A stretch of 64,000 bases of DNA from the human T2T-CHM13v2.0 reference genome, Homo sapiens: assembly GCF_009914755.1 (NCBI RefSeq), contig NC_060947.1, one strand, 5' to 3'. Below, in pieces: positions 1-12,953 of the stretch. Numbering within the stretch: the stretch's first letter is position 1; each line of letters starts with the position of its first letter. A model generated the notes under the pieces. It had not been told where the DNA came from. It did not search any database and saw only the letters and a list, made by a program, of their open reading frames with translations. The translations under genes were made by a program, and so were the position numbers.

Positions 1-290
1 GGGAAGCTATTTCACCATCTTCTTTTTACTTCTTCCTCTCCTTTGAGAAATCTTTAAGAACGCCTCTCTCAGTGCTGTGTGTGTCCACAATTATGAGCCT
101 AAGAGGCACAGAAAGAGCAGTTATATATTAAATCAGCATGAACAAACCAATTTCTAGATACAGATTGCTCTTTCCAGGTTTGGGGTGGGGGTGAGTGACA
201 CTGATATTAAACACAATTTAATAGATTCACCCATGAGGATTATATTGGGTCTGGTATCAGGTTCTGATTAAACAAGGTTTGTGTGCACAT

Positions 291-329
291 GAGAGAGAGA
301 GAGAGAGAGAGAGAGAGTGTGTGTGTGTG
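291..329. repeat. compound (GA)n(GT)n microsatellite
   Basis: GA dinucleotide run followed directly by a GT run, read from sequence. Confidence 0.95.
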
Positions 330-580
330 TTCACATAAGTTTAGATACAAACTTGAATATCCTGGCTAACAGCTCTAGGACTTTTCTGCTGCCAGGATGG
401 CTTTACCGTTTCTACTGGACTTTTGACTAAAGTCACACCTGAATTGTCAGGAGATACAGGCCACTTTATTTCTGTGGAAAGGAAGGGAGACAAGAAAAAA
501 GAAAAGGCATGTACAGTTGTTAGCCTGGTTGCCATTTAAGATTCAAAGATTATTCAGACTTCTTGTTAAATGTAACGCTG

Positions 581-581
581 C

Positions 582-613
<32 letters not shown>

Positions 614-614
614 T
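581..614. repeat. poly(A)+(TA)n microsatellite
   Basis: A-run followed by a TA run. Confidence 0.9.
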
Positions 615-3164
615 TTCCCTTAGCACTGATTGACAATTTCACTTTTACTACTGGAGGGGGAAGGTTTTACCTGTGGTTCCAAATTGTATGACATAAATTT
701 CAAAATAACAGGTCTAATTGTGGTTTGTGTTCCATATTTATTTTTATTTTTTTATTACCTAATTTTCCTCCCTAAAGCCTCCTCCCACCCCTACCCCTTC
801 TCTTTCTGAAAGGATGCAACACACAGCCTTTTCCCCAGCCCTCAGCTAATAGCAACACCTTCATTTTATCAAATGCTGGGCTCAGGGAGGAGCCATGGAG
901 CCTGCCCCAAATGATGAATAGCCAAGAGCCGCACCCTCTCGGGGAGGTCCTGACTAATTTCTCTTCATGGCACAGAAAGCTAAGTGGGTGACCTTTCTGC
1001 CTGAGCCACGGACAACACACAACATGACTAAATCGAAAGTGGATCACTCTCAGGCAGGCAGGCCAGAGGAAAGGACACTTAGCACTGAGGAATTAATTGT
1101 GCCTTCTCAGACCTTCCTGGCCCCGTGACGAAGATAGCTTCTTCCCCTCACCACCTAGCTCGCCCACCGATCCATCCACCTGTTTTTTTGTTTTGTTTTT
1201 TTTTCAGGTACAGATTGGGCTAGTCCACTTTCAAAGGATTGAGATAAATCGGAAGGGGCTGGGGGAGAGAAGAAGGAAGACAACAGTGGGGGAACCAGAG
1301 GAAGAAAAATGGACTTAAATCTTGCTCTAGGAAAAAGAATCATATATTGTAGAAATCTCCTGAAGAGCAGTATAGGTAGTTAGAGCCAGACTATCATTGC
1401 CCCTCCTCCAAGTTGGGTAGGGAGGCAATTTTAGGCTATTTCCACATCAATATTTGCCTTCATCCATGTGAGTTTTTATAAAGGGAGATTATCTTAAAGG
1501 CAGTTGAAACTGCAGATATGTTAATTAAATTAATTTATCACTGAAGCTATTTCAAATGCAGCCAAGCCTAATTTCCCAGGGGGTCTGCGGGCTTCCGCGA
1601 AATGAGGGACAGTGAGGGGTTGGCACTACCAGGTCCAGCCCCCTGAGACCGAACAGCAGAAAGTAGGGGAGACCCAGCAAGCTGATTTTCCCATTTGGGT
1701 CTGCTCATTTCTCAGGGTTATAACACCCAGAAGCAGCTTTTCAAAATATCCAAGTGCAGGAGGAAATCAACTTTCTGAAGCTCGAAGAAGCCTCCTCGCA
1801 TCTCCCTTAAATATTGTTCCCATCTGGCCACTCTGAGTCCGCAAGTCTTCAATCCAAAGACTGTTTATTAGGCACCTCTCCGAAGGGCTATTTTTCTTTC
1901 CCAGTCTCTATTTCCAGATCCCTGAAGTGGGGTCTCAAGGATCCTGAGCCTGTTTCCTCTCTGCCTGTCGCCAGCAGACCCAATACACTCCAGAAGGTTT
2001 CTGGGGCCCATTAGTGCTGCTTCAGGTGGACAGGAAGAAAATGCAAATGCAAGTTCAGGAGGTCTGATGCTGGGAAATAAATGACCCCAATAATAGTGTG
2101 GCAAGAGCATCCTGGCCTCTGCAGGGGACAGCTCCTGCCAGGAGCTCCCTTCCCCACAGGCAAACAAAGGATGTCTTTCCCCTACCTCTCAGCCAACGAG
2201 GTCTTGAAGTTGTGACCAAAATGTGACCTCTAATTATGGCCACTAGTTCTCCCCTTCCCTTTTTGAACACCAAAAGGCAAAGTGGGACCAAAAGACATTT
2301 TTCTTTCTATTTTTAACACAGTGTATATTAGCAATAAATTAACACTCCCCTTCTAGCACCTTTTAAGCACCAGCAGGGGCCAATTCTTTTTACTATATTG
2401 TCTTCGTAAGAGCAGCCGATGGATCACGCTGTCACAGAACGCAACGCAGCAAAATAGCCCCTGAAACTGGCATTCTCACAGTCCCATGCTGCACATCTTC
2501 TGGAAGCTACTTTGTGGTGTGATATTGCTGTTCCCCTGTTTGGGGCAGTGGGAGGAGGGGAGATTAACACAAATGATGGTGACTTGCAAGGGAAAACTGC
2601 TACATTTTTCTTGACTTTTCAGTATTTAGAAGGAGTGTGAAAGAAGTGATATGACCGAAAAAATCTGAATTAACTCTTCATTTGCCACATCTTTTGTCAG
2701 AAATGTCACTCCATGCCCTACTAAATTGCAATCACTGGGTCTCATATCCTTCATTGTGGGTACTGATGATCAAAACTAAAACTTCCTTATCTTTCTCTCA
2801 CAGGTCCAAGCACCCACACCACTTCTTACAAGACCATTTATTTACATGTCAGCGCCTACTCAGGCTGTTGGGAGAGTTGGAAGTTTTCTCCCTAAATATT
2901 TTAATTTCAAAGCCACTAGAGTAAAGAGGAGTTGATGAGATTTCAAAATCAGATGTCTTGAGCATTTCCTGAACAGGCAGAATAATTCCATGTTACCAAT
3001 CAAGAATACTACAGGGGTTCCAGGTCTGTCCAGACCATTTTAATGCCATTGTGGTTAATGGTCTGGACAGATCTTGAAACCGTAGAATAAATAGTCTTGA
3101 TCTGCCTGTTCTGGGAATGCTCAAGACATACGATCTCGAAATCTTACCATTTTCCCTTGACTTT

Positions 3165-3385
3165 AGTGTTGAAATGCAAGCATTATGGAGCCAGACATCT
3201 GGATTCAAGTTCCAACTCTGCCAACTATGAAGCTGTGTGACTTTGAGCAAGTGGCCTAACCTCTCTGCTCCTTGGTACTCTCATTTGTAAATGGTGCTAT
3301 TCATAGTAACTGCCTGTAGGATTGTTATTAAGAGTAACTGAATTAATATGTATAAAGTGCATAAGACAGTGGTGCCACATGTGTC
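3165..3385 (+). mobile_element. MIR SINE fragment
   Basis: MIR core-like ggagccagac...ctgtgtgactttgagcaagt...aacctctctg...catttgtaaatgg; boundaries approximate. Confidence 0.8.
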
Positions 3386-3510
3386 ATATAAGAGCCTATG
3401 AAACAAATCAATAAATATCAGAGTCTGCACAGCGTCTCTCATTCTCCTTTTCAGGAACTGCTTGAATTTCTAAATCTTGAAGTGCTCACAACGGAAATAA
3501 TCTTCTGCCC

Positions 3511-3873
3511 CGATATGGTTTGACTGTGTCCTCACCCAAATCTCATCTTAAATTGTAGCTCCCATAATCCCCATATGTCCTGGGAGGGACCCAGTGGGAG
3601 GTAATTGAATCAATGGGGCAGGTTTTTCCATGCTATTCTCATGATAGTGAATAAGTCTCATTAGATCTAATGGTTTTATAAAGGGCAGTTCCCCTGCAGA
3701 CACTGTCTTGCCTGACACCATGTAAGATGTACCTTTGCTCCTCCTTCACCATCTGCCATGATTGTGAGGCCTCCCCAGTCACGTGGAACTGTAAGTCCAT
3801 TAAATCTCTTTTTCTTTATAAATTACCCAGTCTTGGGTATTTCTTCGTAGCAGTATAGAAATGGACTAATACA
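3511..3873 (+). mobile_element. THE1 (THE1C/D-like) MaLR solo LTR
   Basis: Starts (t>c)gatatggtttgactgtgtc..cacccaaatctcatc, ends ggactaataca; 5-bp TSD tgccc at 3506-3510 and 3874-3878. Confidence 0.92.
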
Positions 3874-5129
3874 TGCCCCTTCCCCAAAGACTTGATGTAC
3901 CGTCTCAGACCACAGCTGCAAGATAAACCCCATGTGAACAAGAACAGTGTACTTGTTACAGTGGCCCCTGTGCCCAAGGTCTGTGCAAAACTTTCAGATG
4001 CTTCTTGTGAAAATGGCCAAATGAGACAGAGCCTATGCAGAAGCCACCTCTATCTCACAATAAAATTCCAGACTGTTGGACTTTAAGCTCCTGTCTCTTT
4101 CTCAGCTAGACTGTGGGACTAATAAAGACCTTGACCTTCTTAGATAAGGAGCAGCCATCCAGATGTATTTTTGGTTCTGGGTTAGCTGTTCTAAGAAAAA
4201 AACCCTGGTAGACGGTGAACTAAAGTATATAGAATTTCTGAAAGGCAGACAACAAAACACTGACAGGAAAAATATTGCTGCCTCCCACAGGCACTGCAAT
4301 GGAACAAGGGTTTGTTTAGCCTGGGGGTATTTTCCTCTCTTTTCTTTGTTGTGAAACAATAGGAAAGAAACCACTGGAGGAAGGAAATCTTCCAGAGGTG
4401 GAACAACAACCCATTTTTATCTCCAAATCCTGGGCCACAATTCCCACTCCCTCCCTCTCTCGCCTGCCCCAAGGTAAAAATTGGGTGCAACATCAAAAAA
4501 AGTAGCAGAGAAAGATTGCCAGGGCTGCGGAAATAAAGAGAAGATTTTAACCAAGAATTCTTCTTTATGGACTTTTATGACATTGGGGAACTCCCCACCC
4601 TCTGGTGGCCACATGCCCCTTTGCTCATAGTGGGGTGAGCTCTGCAGACAAGAGAGCAGCTCAGAATATTTATGTGGTTGCTCCAGCCAGCCAGGAGAGG
4701 AAGGACAAGAGAGGATGACCACTGGGAAAATGGCAGAAAGGCAACTAGAATTCTTCTGCCTTTTGAGCCAGATATAAATTAGGGAAGCCCCAAAGCCCTC
4801 TTAATCCTGCTTCTGATCGGACATCAAGGCCATACATAAACTGCATTCAATCACAAGTGACACAGTTAAAATAACACTACAGGTCTGGTTAAACCTCCAG
4901 GAGCTGGAGGATTTAAGAGTTAAGATTCCAAAAGCAAGAGGCTATTGTTCCAAGCACCCTTGAATTTGTGACTGCAGCAAGAATTTCAGCAAAGGTTGAT
5001 CTTGGAAATTGCAATCTGGGCCTGTGCTAGTCAGCTGTTTCCTCACATCTCACAGGAAAGACTTGGTATGGTCCTCTCTTGTATTGGGAAATAAGTCCCT
5101 GACCCAGGCGCCATATGCACCAAGGCCCT

Positions 5130-5171
5130 GAGCATGTGTTAAGAGTGGAGCATGTGTTAAGAGTGGAGCAT
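5130..5171. repeat. 18-bp tandem duplication (2.3 copies)
   Basis: gagcatgtgttaagagtg x2 followed by gagcat. Confidence 0.95.
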
Positions 5172-5265
5172 CTTCACTGGAAAAAAATCTTCCTTCCTTT
5201 AGTGGTGTTGTGGGTTGAATTGTGTTCCTCCAAAAGTAGGATGAACTCTCATCCAAGATGACTGG

Positions 5266-5653
5266 TGATATGCTTTGGCTCTGTGTCCCCACCCAAATCT
5301 CATGTCAAATTGTAATTCCCAATGTTGGGGGAGGGACCTGGTGGGAGGTGATTGGATCATGGGGACAGATTTCCCCTTGCTGTTCTCAAGATAGTGAGTG
5401 AGTTCTCAAGAGACCCTGGCAATTTGAAAGTGTTTGGCACTTCCTCTTTCACTCTCTCTCTCTCTCCTGCTCCACCATGTGAAGACTGTACCTGCTTCCC
5501 CTTTGCCTTCCACCACGATTGTAAGTTTTCTGAGGCCTCCTAGCCATGCTTCCTGTACAGCCTGCAGAGCTGTGAGACAAATAAACCTCTTTTCTTCATA
5601 TATTATCCAGTCTCAGGTAGTTCTTTATAGCAATATGAGAATGGACTAATACA
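5266..5653 (+). mobile_element. MSTA/MSTB-like MaLR solo LTR nested in MLT1
   Basis: tgatatgctttggctctgtgtccccacccaaatctcatgtcaaattgtaattcccaatgttgg ... ggactaataca. Confidence 0.9.
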
Positions 5654-5831
5654 ATGGGTGTCCTTATATGAAGAGGAAAATTTGGTCACAGACAGAGGAA
5701 AGACAGACAACTGAAGACAGAAGCAGAAGTTAGAGTTATGTTGCCACAAAGCCAAGAAATGCCTGGGGCTACCAGAAGCTGAAAGAGACAAGACAGTATC
5801 ATCCCTAGGGCTTTCGAGGGAGCACAGCCCT

Positions 5832-6030
5832 CGAACGGGAGGTCCTATTCCTGGGATGATCAGGAGTGGATTCCCACAGGAGGTAACATTTTGTGAAATA
5901 ATGAGTCAAAATTTGTCAAATAGAAATAACAGTCAGATAGAATGGCATGTACAAAGTCATAGGGGTATGAAACAGCCTGGTGTTTTAGGGAACTCCAGGT
6001 CACATAGTATGGCTGTAACAGGATGGACAC
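5832..6030 (-). mobile_element. L2-like fragment inside the MLT1 LTR
   Basis: gggatgatcagg...ggaggtaacatttt and ggcatgtacaaag...gcctggtgttttagggaac...gtatggctg resemble antisense L2 3' region. Confidence 0.55.
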
Positions 6031-8255
6031 ACACCTTGATGGGAAACCTTGGTTTCGGACTTCTGGCCTCCAGAACTGGGAGAGAATACATTTCTGTTGT
6101 TTGAAGCTGCCCAGTTTGTGGTGCTTTATTACAGCAGGCCTAGGAGACTAATAGAATTGGCTTTAACCCTTTCCTCAGCTTACTTGCCTCCTGTCTCCAT
6201 CTCTAATGACCACAAACCATCAGAGGTGCAGAACTCAAGCAGAAAACCCCCAAAGAGCAAGCTTGGCCTATTAGCATTGAGCAGCAAGAGAGGGGAGAAT
6301 ATAACGTCCTCCTTCCTGATGCCAAATGCTGCCAAACCAAGGCCAGTCTGTCTTCCTGGTCAAATTCCACAGTGGCTGAAACAACTTCCCTGCAGGTCAC
6401 AGTGACCACAAATTCTGAACCAAGGGTTCCACCCAGGCGATTTCTCCCTCTGTCCCCCACTAGGCCTTAGCCTAAGCCAGCACAGCATTTTAAAGTGAGG
6501 GCTTAATCCTCCAGGGCTTAGCAGCCCAGCCTAGCATCTGAGGCCCAGAAGCCACAGTGAAGGAAGGGGAAGCAGGAGGCAGGAAGAGGGGGCCCAGGGC
6601 TCCTGTTTTCTCTCATGCTGGCTACACGGCTGCTACGGTGTAGAAGAGAGATTAAAACAAAGCTTGCTGCAGTTGGGGAGTTAAATATTACAAACATTTT
6701 AAACAACCCAACTGGACCTCCTAATTGTGTGGCAAAGGCTGCAAGATGTAAAGTTGGGAGTCTTGGCTCAAATGAAAGCCTCTCTCTGAATAACAATTTA
6801 TTTTAATTTGCGATTTCTCATACTGTCCATATGGTGGGTCTTCATGGGAAAGCAAATGTCTCGCAGTTGACGGGGACATCTGAAGTGTGGTTTTTTGGCG
6901 TACAGGGGGATTTTTTTTTTTTCCATTTAAGTCAGTGGCTTGATTGAGAAGCAGAGTTTGAAAACATTTCTCTAATGTTTCCAGCATTTTTACAACTGGA
7001 AATTTATCATCTACTCATGGAAGTTACAAACTGAAAACCGTTTCTCAACCAAATTGCCACACTTTTAGGCCAACACCAGTTTGTAATAGTGGAGTTCAGT
7101 GGGCATTGATTTGAAAACAGAAAATCCTATTTGGATGCCTTTTTTTAAACAACAACCCAGAAAGCATGTGAAGAATGTTATGACCTAAAGTAGGAGCTGC
7201 TTTGCTTAAGTGTCCCAGGCAAATGTTGTGTAGCAACTTCTAGAATAATCTACAATACATCTCTGGGAGAGCGTCAGGATTTCCAGCCAACTCTGGGTAG
7301 GATGCTGGTTCCACCACAGATATGGTGACAGTCTTTACTCTTAGAGAGTCTTCAAACCACATGCTAGGCCCCAGGGGTGTGATGGGGAAAAGAAACTTGT
7401 TTGTTCTCTTTTCACCTTTCTCCTCTCAGGCTTCTCACCAGCTGCTCCTCTGAGGGAGAGAAAGGAGATTCTAACAGAATCTCAATTTTTCCCAAACTTA
7501 TGGCTCTGCAGGGAGAAGGGGAATAGGTGAGGTATCATGAAGTCACTAAGCACGCTGATAAAGTCACATTCTTCTACAGAAACCTCAATACTCAAATGCC
7601 ACATCCTCTGAGAGGTTCTCCCTGACTGTGGCATCAAAGAAAGCATCCCTGAATAAATGAATGAAATCTTCAGAGGCTCCCTTTTACCCACATTTCTAGA
7701 ATTTACTCCTCTGTGGGTTTCAAAGTTCCCTTCCATTTTGCCCCTACCTCTTCCCCATATCTTTTTGCCTTTTACTACCGTCTTTGTCATCACCCTCACA
7801 CCAGCTAAAAAAATTTACTGACTTTCTTTATTAGTGATCCCTGATTGTTATTTGTTGGTTGGTTGGGTTTTTGGGTTTTATTTTGTTTGTTTTTTGCTTA
7901 AGCTGCTCCCCTGGTCACCTGGGCATTCTGAACTTTTCCTTTTCACATCTTCCCCAGAAAAGCATTTCCTATATGTTTAGCCAAGATTAGGTGCTTATAA
8001 GGCACCCAGAACAAGTATATTCATAAAACATCCACTCTTCTTACAATACACTAATAATCCAGTTGAGCAGCTAAGACTAATTGTGGCTTGAAAAAATTAT
8101 GAACAAGTAAGACAATTATTCAATTAACTGCAAAATTGGGAAGTTAGAAACCATAAAATCTCCAAGCACCAAGGGCTGGTGGAGTCCAGGAAAACACCAA
8201 AGAGAAGCAGCAGGCTTTGGGCTATCCCTGACTGATACATAGGGTTCAACTAGAG

Positions 8256-8474
8256 CAGGCTCTCTCACCTTAGACACTAGTGACATTCGGGGCAGATACT
8301 TCTTTGTTGTGAGGGCTGTTCCTGTGCATTGTAGGATACTTAGCAGCACCCCGGTCTCTACCCACTAGATATCAGTAACAACCCCTCCCGAGTTGTCATG
8401 ACCAAGAATGTCCCCAGACATTGCCAAATGTCCCCTGGGCCAGGGGGGAAGTTGCCCCCAGCTGGAAACCATTC
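8256..8474. mobile_element. MER20 hAT-Charlie MITE
   Basis: Typical ctgttcctgtgcattgtaggat...aatgtccccagacattgccaaatgtcccctggg; 8-bp TSD aactagag / aactagat. Confidence 0.9.
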
Positions 8475-10569
8475 AACTAGATGGAGGAAGAAAAAGGACA
8501 TCAGAACTTAGAGAGTGCTGAGAAGGACTTGCTCACTTCACTCAGAATCCTAACTAGGTCCACAATGCATCCAGTTACAAATCTGATTTATTTAGAGTGT
8601 GCTAGGGAGCTTTCTATGTATGCTTTGTACATGTTCTATTAAGCCTATACCCTGCATTAAATTGGGATTGAAATTGATGTGGTTTCCAAATGCTTTAGTC
8701 ATAGAACCCTTTGTTCCAAAGAAATCTTATCCAGAAGCACAAATACTAAGGACATAAGCAGAGTGGTTTTGGTTGAAGCTTGAATAGAGAACCTTCACCT
8801 CCCAATATGCATCCCAGCCCTGCCCAATGGTCTAATAGCACAGCAATTCCTGGTGTGTTTCATTGTATCGTAACCACGAGAGAGGCAAAGGTGACATCTC
8901 ACTCTACCATACTAACTGTAATATTGTGGTACCAGAAAAGGAGCAATGGATTAGGAGTTGCAAAACCTGGAACATTTTACTAACTGCCCGTGTGACTCTG
9001 GGCATCTTCCTTAACTTCTCTGAACTTGTGTTTCTTCATTATAATCTTTAAGACCCCTTTCAGCTTCAAAATGTTATGAATAAATAAGTACAACTGTATC
9101 ACATTATCTGTGGGCCCAGGATGATGATGCTGATGATTATAGACAAGCGGATTATTTGTAATGTCCCCTAAAATTCCCTTTTAGGGGCAAAGGGGAATGG
9201 GAAAGTGACTGTGATCTCTCAAATTCTCTTTGACTAGCACTTTGGCTCTTGCTTGATTTATTCATGCTTGAAATTCACTCATGCACAGTCTGGCTGGCCT
9301 TTCTTCAAACGATCATGCTAAATGGGGTCACAAGTGGAGGTGAAAATGAATATTTTAAAAATTCAGAATGAAAGTGAAAAATCTGGGACACTTGCCAAAT
9401 CCATGAAGTTAGAATAAGACTCTTAAAAATGAAATGCAATAGATTATGTTATGAACCAGCAAAATCCCAGAATGAAAGTCTAAACATAGCAATAACAAGA
9501 AGCACATAAGTTGCGGAGCCTGGAATCATCTCTCTCCAACCTCAGGGGCCCCACTAGCCAGCTCTCAGAATGAGAGGGTCTCACACAACAAGCAGAGGCA
9601 GAAGAGACAGAACCTTCTCATCCCCTGCCTTGGAATGACTTTCTGTCTTCTCTTACTGCTGCGCAAGAGATGAATGGGAATGTGTGTCTTTACTTTCTGT
9701 TTTTGCTCCTTCTTTGTAAAAGAAGAAATTTAAGCCTCCCTGCAACTATCTAATACCACAGGGAAATAGCACAAAACCACAGTGACCAAACAATGATGCT
9801 AAAATCCACAGCTATGTTTCTATTCAGATATGATACCGTATTAACAAATTCCCTATTCAGGGAGTGCTTCTGCTCTCTTTTATTTTAAACATAAATGAGA
9901 TGTTATGCTAGTCACAGATAAATGATGATTTTAAAATTGGAATGTAAAAATGTTTTCCAATTATCCAGCAACCTGATTCTTAGGAGAACATGACAGACAC
10001 AAGAACTACTTTAGAAGTTTAAAAAAAAAATGCCAGTAGTGTATGTGTGTCAGGGGTGGGGGGACAGTGGGACCTCTGTGGTCAGTGAGGACAACTCAAA
10101 GTTCTCCAAAGCTATTTAATATTGATAACTGTCAGGAGAATGGAAAAGTTTCTTTCACGGAGTTGCTTTTTCCAGAAATGATTTCTCCTCATACTAGAAG
10201 TGCTGAAACTTTACTATTATTGCTAATTCCTTGCATTTTTATTTATTCATTTGAATAAACAAAATGTGGACATAGTGAAAAATATTCAAACAATGCAAGG
10301 TGGCATACAGTGAAAATTGAGTCAATCTTCTATGTCAGTCTCCCAGTCCCTCTCCCTGTTACCAGATCCTCATGTTTTTGAAGATATTGATTCTATGCAG
10401 TGCACATACATATACTTGTTTATTTACATACATATTTTTGTTATATGTGTTGTTTTATATATGTTATTATAGATATATGCATGTATGTATATACATATAA
10501 GAACTCCCTTGTTACCTAAATGATAATGTATCCACCCCTTCTGCACTTTTTTCCCTCTGTTTAATAATA

Positions 10570-11055
10570 TGTAATAAAGATGGCTGCAAATTATTTGCCA
10601 TTACTGCCATTAACAGTTGAAGTCTATTTCCTCTCCTCTTGAATCTAGGCCTGCATGTGACTTGCTTTGACGAATAATATGTGACAGAAGTGACTCAGTG
10701 TAACTTCCAAGGAGGAACTTTCTGAGATTTGCAACTTTCATCTACACAGGCTTGGGATATTCCCTCTTGGAACCCAGATGCTATGCTGTGAGAATCCCAA
10801 GGTGTAGGGAGAAGGGATCCAAGGTGCTCTAAACAGTAACCCCAGCCAGCACCAACAGCCAGTTATGTGAGGGAGTCATTTTGTATGTTCCAGCCCAGTT
10901 GAGCCTTCAGATGACTTCAGCTCCAGCTGACAGTATCTGGGGCAGAAGAATAGCCCAGCTGAGCCTGGTCAACCCTCAGAATCATCAGAAATAATAAAGG
11001 ATGGTTGTTGTTGTAAGCCACTAAGTTTGGGGGTAATTATTCCATTTCAATAGAG
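10570..11055 (+). mobile_element. MLT1 (G/H-like) LTR
   Basis: aagatggctgcaaatt...tgtgacttgctttgac...ttgtaagccactaagtttgggg. Confidence 0.75.
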
Positions 11056-12502
11056 TATATAAGTCTGCTTCATCCTTTTAAATAATATTTAAAACAATAG
11101 CTACCATATATCTATATGCTTACTATGTGCCAGGCATTGTTCTAAGTGTCTTATACATGTTGACTCATTTAGTTCCTACTAACTCTAAACATTTTTATAG
11201 AGATATATCATCCTCATTTTACACACGAGGAACTGAACTATAGGGAAGTTACATAACTTGCCCAGTATCCAAGTGAGTAATCAACATGACTGGGATTCGA
11301 GCTCAGGCCCTTGACTCCACATACTTTCATATAAAGTACTACCCTATACCACCTCAGAAGCTACTTTATTTAACTGGTCCTCAGTTGGTGGACATACCAG
11401 TCATTTCTAATCATTTACCTGTAAAAATAAGGTTACAGTATATCCTTGTACATACTTTTCTGAGCATATGCAAGAAGAAGCCATTCTTTTCCAGAAAGTG
11501 GAGGGATGAATAGATTCAATTTATTTTGCTGCACAAGTAAGTGTCAGAAGATATATGTCGGGTACAGAATGCCGGGTGCATCCAACTCCAGTCAAGATAG
11601 AGTTCCAGCCCATTTGGCCCTTGGCACTCAGTGCCAAAAACTTCATCAGGGCACATGAGGATCTGGCGACCCCAGAGAGAATATGTATCTTACTTTCGTT
11701 TGGGTTCCAAGTGGGGCAAGTAATAAACTAACTTTCCTCAAAGTACCCTGTGCCTTAATGTATATTTTTATAGGAATTCTCAGACACCTGAAAAGGATAT
11801 TTGGAAAGTAACCTATGAACCTTGACCTGTGGCACATACAATAAATCTGCCACCACAATCACTGCCAGTTCTGAGGAATCAATGGCCATATTTATAAGGC
11901 ACATATGTAAAACTCCATGGCTGTATATCTCCTCGGAACCCACTCTAACATAAGCACCATTGGAAAGAAGACAGATGGACATAACCTTTTTTGACGACTG
12001 ACTGGCTTTCTCTAACACCTCTGAAGTTAGACTTCTATCTTCTCCAGGCTGGAGACTGAATGGTGCACACCTGCTGCCATCTCAGCAGCCTCTGGGCCCT
12101 ACCTTCTGAACTGCCAGAAGGGCCAGAGAACCAGCCCCTTCTGGTTATAGGGAAGGGACTAGAACAGCAGGTTTTTGACATCTGAAAGCTAACGAAATCT
12201 GTTTCTATACATTAAAATAGAAAATGAATTAATACGGTGTAGCTCTAAATGCTAATAAGATAATTGTTTAACTATCATATTTAAAGGATATTCACTTAAG
12301 AGCCTCACTTCTGTTCCTGCATATGGATTCCTTCCCTAATATACAAAGCCTTGGGGAAAAAAAACATGGCAAGGTATGTTGCCCTTGTCTTTAGGACAGA
12401 AGGAAGGGGCTTTACAGTATGTTGTTCAATGCCTTCCTTGAATAGAGAAGTAAACTGAGTTCCAGAGAGGAGAGATGATTTGCTGAAGGTACTCATAGTT
12501 GG

Positions 12503-12953
12503 TACATCAGTTAGCTATAACCGAAATGATGTGTGTAACAAACTACCCCAAACCTCAGTGTCTTAAAACATTCACTCTTCTCTGGGTAGGAATTGATTGA
12601 TTTAGACCAGACTCAGGTGGGCTCAGTACCAAGCTGCTGGTTGATTTCTGGTCTTTTCCATGAGTTTCTCACCCCTTAGACCAGCGGGCTAAGCTAGTCA
12701 GAGTGTTGTTGCTTTTTTTCCTCATGGAGAATGTAAGATGTGCAGAACAAACCTAATCACATAAGCATATTTCACACCTCCATTTGCAGTATGTCTGGTA
12801 ACAGTTTATTGGCCAAAGCAAGTGACATGGCCAACTCCAACATCCACAGGGATGTATTCTCTGCTTCTAGTGGTAGGAACTACAAAGACACACAGAAAAG
12901 GGCATGAATGCACGGAGGGGTGAAGAATTGGAGCTATGAAGAAATCTACTACG
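12503..12953 (-). mobile_element. MLT1 (I/J-like) LTR inserted in a MIR
   Basis: Reverse MLT1 3' end tacatcagttagcta; TSD gttgg at 12498-12502 vs ggtgg at 12954-12958; MIR-like sequence on both sides. Confidence 0.8.

Larger units (their letters stand above)
5206..6153 (+). mobile_element. MLT1 (MLT1C-like) LTR interrupted by an MST LTR and an L2-like insert
   Basis: 5' tgttgtgggttgaattgtg; middle tgtccttatatgaagaggaaaatttgg...gagggagcacagccct; 3' acaccttgat..ttcggacttctggcctccagaactg...ctaggagactaatag. Confidence 0.8.

Noticed and set aside
10390-10500. TA/CA-rich pseudo-palindromic tract
   Set aside because: Low-complexity decay within an old L1-like fragment
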